A stretch of DNA of 20,629 bases from the NCBI GenBank assembly GCA_964619725.1, contig CAZUFC010000135.1, positions 1 to 20,629 of the forward strand, read 5' to 3'. The position numbers and the translations under genes were made by a program. The notes under the pieces were generated by a model, which did not search any database, was not told the DNA's origin, and saw only the letters and a list, made by a program, of their open reading frames with translations. Positions 17,528 to 20,629 of this stretch are shown one piece after another. This stretch comes from an uncultured bacterium. Its GTDB lineage: Bacteria > CSSED10-310 > CAZUFC01. How positions within the stretch are numbered: the stretch's first letter is position 1; each line of letters opens with the position of its first letter.

Positions 17528-17627
17528 TTGTAAAATTTTTCTTACAATCTTTTGATTTCAGGAAAGTAAAGAATTAAATTATTAATAGAATAGGTTTTTA
17601 TTCTCCAGGAAAAATATTTTTCCCGGA
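17528..17627. promoter_or_regulatory. Two palindromic operator-like sites upstream of the beta-helix gene
   Basis: TTGTAA-N8-TTACAA (17528-17547) and TCCAGGAAAAATATTTTTCCCGGA (17604-17627, 11/12 pairs) in an AT-rich intergenic region. Confidence 0.4.
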
Positions 17628-17729
17628 CATAAAAATTAAAAAGAAAGTCCAATATGCGAGATTAACATGGATGTTATTGAAAAAGAGGAAACTCAGATTT
17701 TTTTAAATCAGCGAGACAGGAGGAGGGAG

Positions 17730-20629
17730 ATGCAGAGAGCATCGAAACATTTCATGAGGTTTTTAAGTATCGCTGCGGCAGCGTTATTTTTGAGTGCGAT
17801 TCAGGCGGGGGCCGAGGTCATACGTGTCGACGGGGCCGGCGGCGGCGATTATATGACGATCAATGAGGCACTGGCTGTAGCTAGGCCGGGAGACGTGATT
17901 CAGGTGGCGAAGGGGACATATTTTGAGACGATATCATTAATTGACGGAGTGGTATTGGAGGGCGGATATGAGTCTGAGGGATGGACGCGTGACATTGACG
18001 CCAATCCGACGATAATCGACGGGAATCCGGAGAAGGCGCCGCCGGTTTCAGCGGACGGCGTTAATGATGCGGTATTGGACGGATTCATAATCGTCAACTG
18101 GGATGATTATGCGGTGAATCTTGTCGACAGTTCGGTCATTATTACGAGCAACACGATGCAGAGTCCGGGATCGAACAGCAGCGAGGCTGTTTATTCACTG
18201 AATTCACAGTCTGTCATAGCTTTCAACACGATCAACGGCGCAGGGACTTATAATCTTGAAACGGGAATGATGATTATAGCTGCAGGCGAACCGAACGATC
18301 AGTCGCCGTATGCTCCCTACATTATCGACAACAATCTCTACAACATTTACCAGGGAGTTTACGTTTTCGACGTTATCGGAAATCAGATGCTTATTGAAGG
18401 AAATTGGATATCGTCGGATGATTATGGGATCAATATGATTAATTGGCATTGATCAAAAAAGCGTCTTTTGAGGTTACAACTGGACATAATATCCCATCAT
18501 TTTGTTTCGATTTCGATTGCCATTGAGAACCCGATACTGATACCGACCCCGATTACTGAAAAATACTGGCATAAGTTTTGACAGAAGTGTAATCCCGGTT
18601 TGATCAGTCCCGATTAATTATTATGGGACAACTGAGCCCTGGATAGCAACGAACTGGATTTACAGCGAAAGAGCTATTCAGTTGAAGACGCAACAGGGCG
18701 ATTTAAATCCCGTCATAACGGATAATTTCCTCAATGCTGATTATTACGGTGTGTATCTTGGATATCACACCCCTGAAAAGGAAATTGAGACGCCGAAACT
18801 TCAGCAATTCTGGTCGCCGATCATAATGGACAACGAGATATACGCACAGAATTTCTGCGTGTTCGCCGTATCGGGTTACTCAGACATCGGAGGGTATATG
18901 AACGGCAAGGTGCTGCATCTGAGGGGGAACGGCGGCTTAGCTTCCTATTCTATGATGGGAACTGTGGAAACGGAAATGTCGGGCAATGAAATTATTGCGG
19001 AGCAGCCCAGCCAGTTCGGCCTGATCGGTCTTACGGTGGGCAACGAATGCATGCCGTCAATAACCGGCAACATTATTGAAGGATGTTACTTCGGCGCGAC
19101 GACAGCATCTTTTGAATCAGATACGAGAGGGACAATAGCGGACAACGTGATAAGCAATTGTTACATGGGAATATTCAATTACAATCATTACGGAACACAG
19201 GAGACCGTCATCAGTTCGAATTCAATATTCTCATCGGCGGGCTCGCGAGGCATCTATTCTTATATGACGGAGGGATACACGCTTTCAAGCATTGCGGACA
19301 ATACAATAGAGGGAACGCCGCAGGGCATTTTCATGCAGGTTCTTAATGAGGGCGAATTGTCTCCGACGATAGAATCAAATGTAATAATGGATGCGAGCAA
19401 CGGCATATACATGAAAATGGATAATTCAGACGAGCTTTCGCCGACTATTGCATCTAACATTATTTCAGCATCCAGCGACGGTATCTTCCTTCGAGCGGGA
19501 TATATGCCGATGATTTCTGCGGAGTCAGAGGGCGGAAAGAGTCGCGGACCGTCACCGACAATATCTTATAATACGATCAGCAATGGAACTTACGGCATTC
19601 AATTGAGGAATTTTTCTTACATGTCGCCGCTGGATGCAACGATTGCCGGTAATGTTTTAAGCAATATCGGGCTTTGCGGCATATTAAATTTAACCATGCT
19701 CGGCAATGATTCTGAAGTCGTGAACAACCTGATGTATGGGGCCGGTTATTGCTTTGCTTCTTATACTATGTATGATAGTTCGCCGACGATAATGAACAAT
19801 ACGCTGACTGATTCTTATGCCGGGATATCAATTGAATCCGATGATCTTCATCCCCTCATCACCAACAACATAATCACGAGCAATTCATACGGCGGGATAA
19901 TCATGCCGTCGCCGGAAAAAGGAGAGAGGCAGCCGACGATCGATCACAACGACGTGTGGGGTAATGAAGAGGATTACATCAACTGTTCGCCGGGTCCGAA
20001 CGACATTTCAGAGGACCCGTTATTCGCTTCGGGACCAGGCGGAGATTACTATCTGAGTCAAATTGCTGCGGGACAGCCGGGGGACAGTCCCTGCGTCGAT
20101 GCGGGCAGCGATGCTGCATCGAACCTGGGCTTCCTGGTCAAGACGTTTGACGAGTTGAATACCAGGACTGACGGTGCGGATGATACGGGGATGGTCGACA
20201 TGGGATATCACTATAATGATTTGGAAACTACGGTTACTCCGGAACCGACGCCTTCGCCGACTCCGGGCGGAATTTCCGGGCCTCCCGAATTTGGAGACAG
20301 AATAGAGATAAAGAGGGCGTGTTGCCGTGTTTACGAGGAAGGAACAGATTTCGCACCCTGGGCCGGCGACTGGGACGGCGACGGAATTTTCGACCTCGTT
20401 TCGGGAATGGACGACGGTCGTCTTGTCGTAAACGTATGCACTTCGGTTGATTTTTTACCGACTTTCAGCGACGGAAGTATCGTTCAGACGGTATACGGCG
20501 ACCTGGATGTCGGCGATTATTCGGCGCCGTTGTATTTCGACTGGGACCATGACGGACGCCGCGACCTGCTGATCGGAAACGGGGACGGCGAAGTCATTTA
20601 TTACAGGAATTACTGGAGCGACACAGACC
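17730..20629 (+). pseudogene. Large secreted right-handed beta-helix (pectin-lyase-like/NosD-like) protein with PT linker and FG-GAP/VCBS repeats; interrupted by a MITE; runs off the window
   Basis: ATG 17730 after AGGAGG; signal …AIQAGA; GDYMTINEALAVARPGDVIQVAKGTY. Removing the insertion restores GINMIN-YYGTTEPW. Frame +1 is stop-free from 18604 to 20629, with P-x-I-x-x-N-x-I repeats, GDYYLSQIAAGQPGDSPCVDAG, TPEPTPSPTP, DWDGDGIFDLV and DWDHDGRRDLLIG. Confidence 0.88.
18445..18611. mobile_element. 167-bp MITE-like insertion with 13-bp TIRs and 8-bp target-site duplication GATTAATT
   Basis: GATTAATT at 18437-18444 and 18612-18619; TIRs GGCATTGATCAAA / TTTGATCAGTCCC (11/13). The 175-bp net insertion explains the frame change between the two gene halves. 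Confidence 0.92.

Overview
Bacterial DNA, almost all genes on the + strand; taxonomy cannot be fixed from this window. (1) 1-960: regulatory region with a complete sigma54-type arrangement (tandem palindromic enhancer-like sites, IHF-like site, -24/-12 box). It points at a GC-rich, multi-hairpin ~175-nt stretch with no convincing ORF (candidate sRNA). (2) 968-11563: a compact operon of cutA plus six predicted exported proteins: PQQ-type beta-propeller, carboxypeptidase-regulatory-like lipoprotein, multi-domain PEGA/FlgT-C-like/TPR lipoprotein, TolB-like PD40 propeller, TPR protein, and a family-5 solute-binding protein with no permease or ATPase beside it. (3) A long imperfect palindrome, then nfo (endonuclease IV). 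(4) 13200-17280: two direct copies of the 3' (oriIS) end of a decayed IS91/ISCR-like rolling-circle element bracket a secreted collagen/tail-fibre-like gene. Each copy carries a 52-bp palindrome, with a compensatory base-pair change between copies; copy 1 also carries a 200-bp MITE with a 6-bp target duplication. (5) 17730-end: a large secreted beta-helix + FG-GAP/VCBS gene split by a 167-bp MITE with an 8-bp target duplication. Its ~670-codon 3' part is open to the window edge and is missing from the ORF track.
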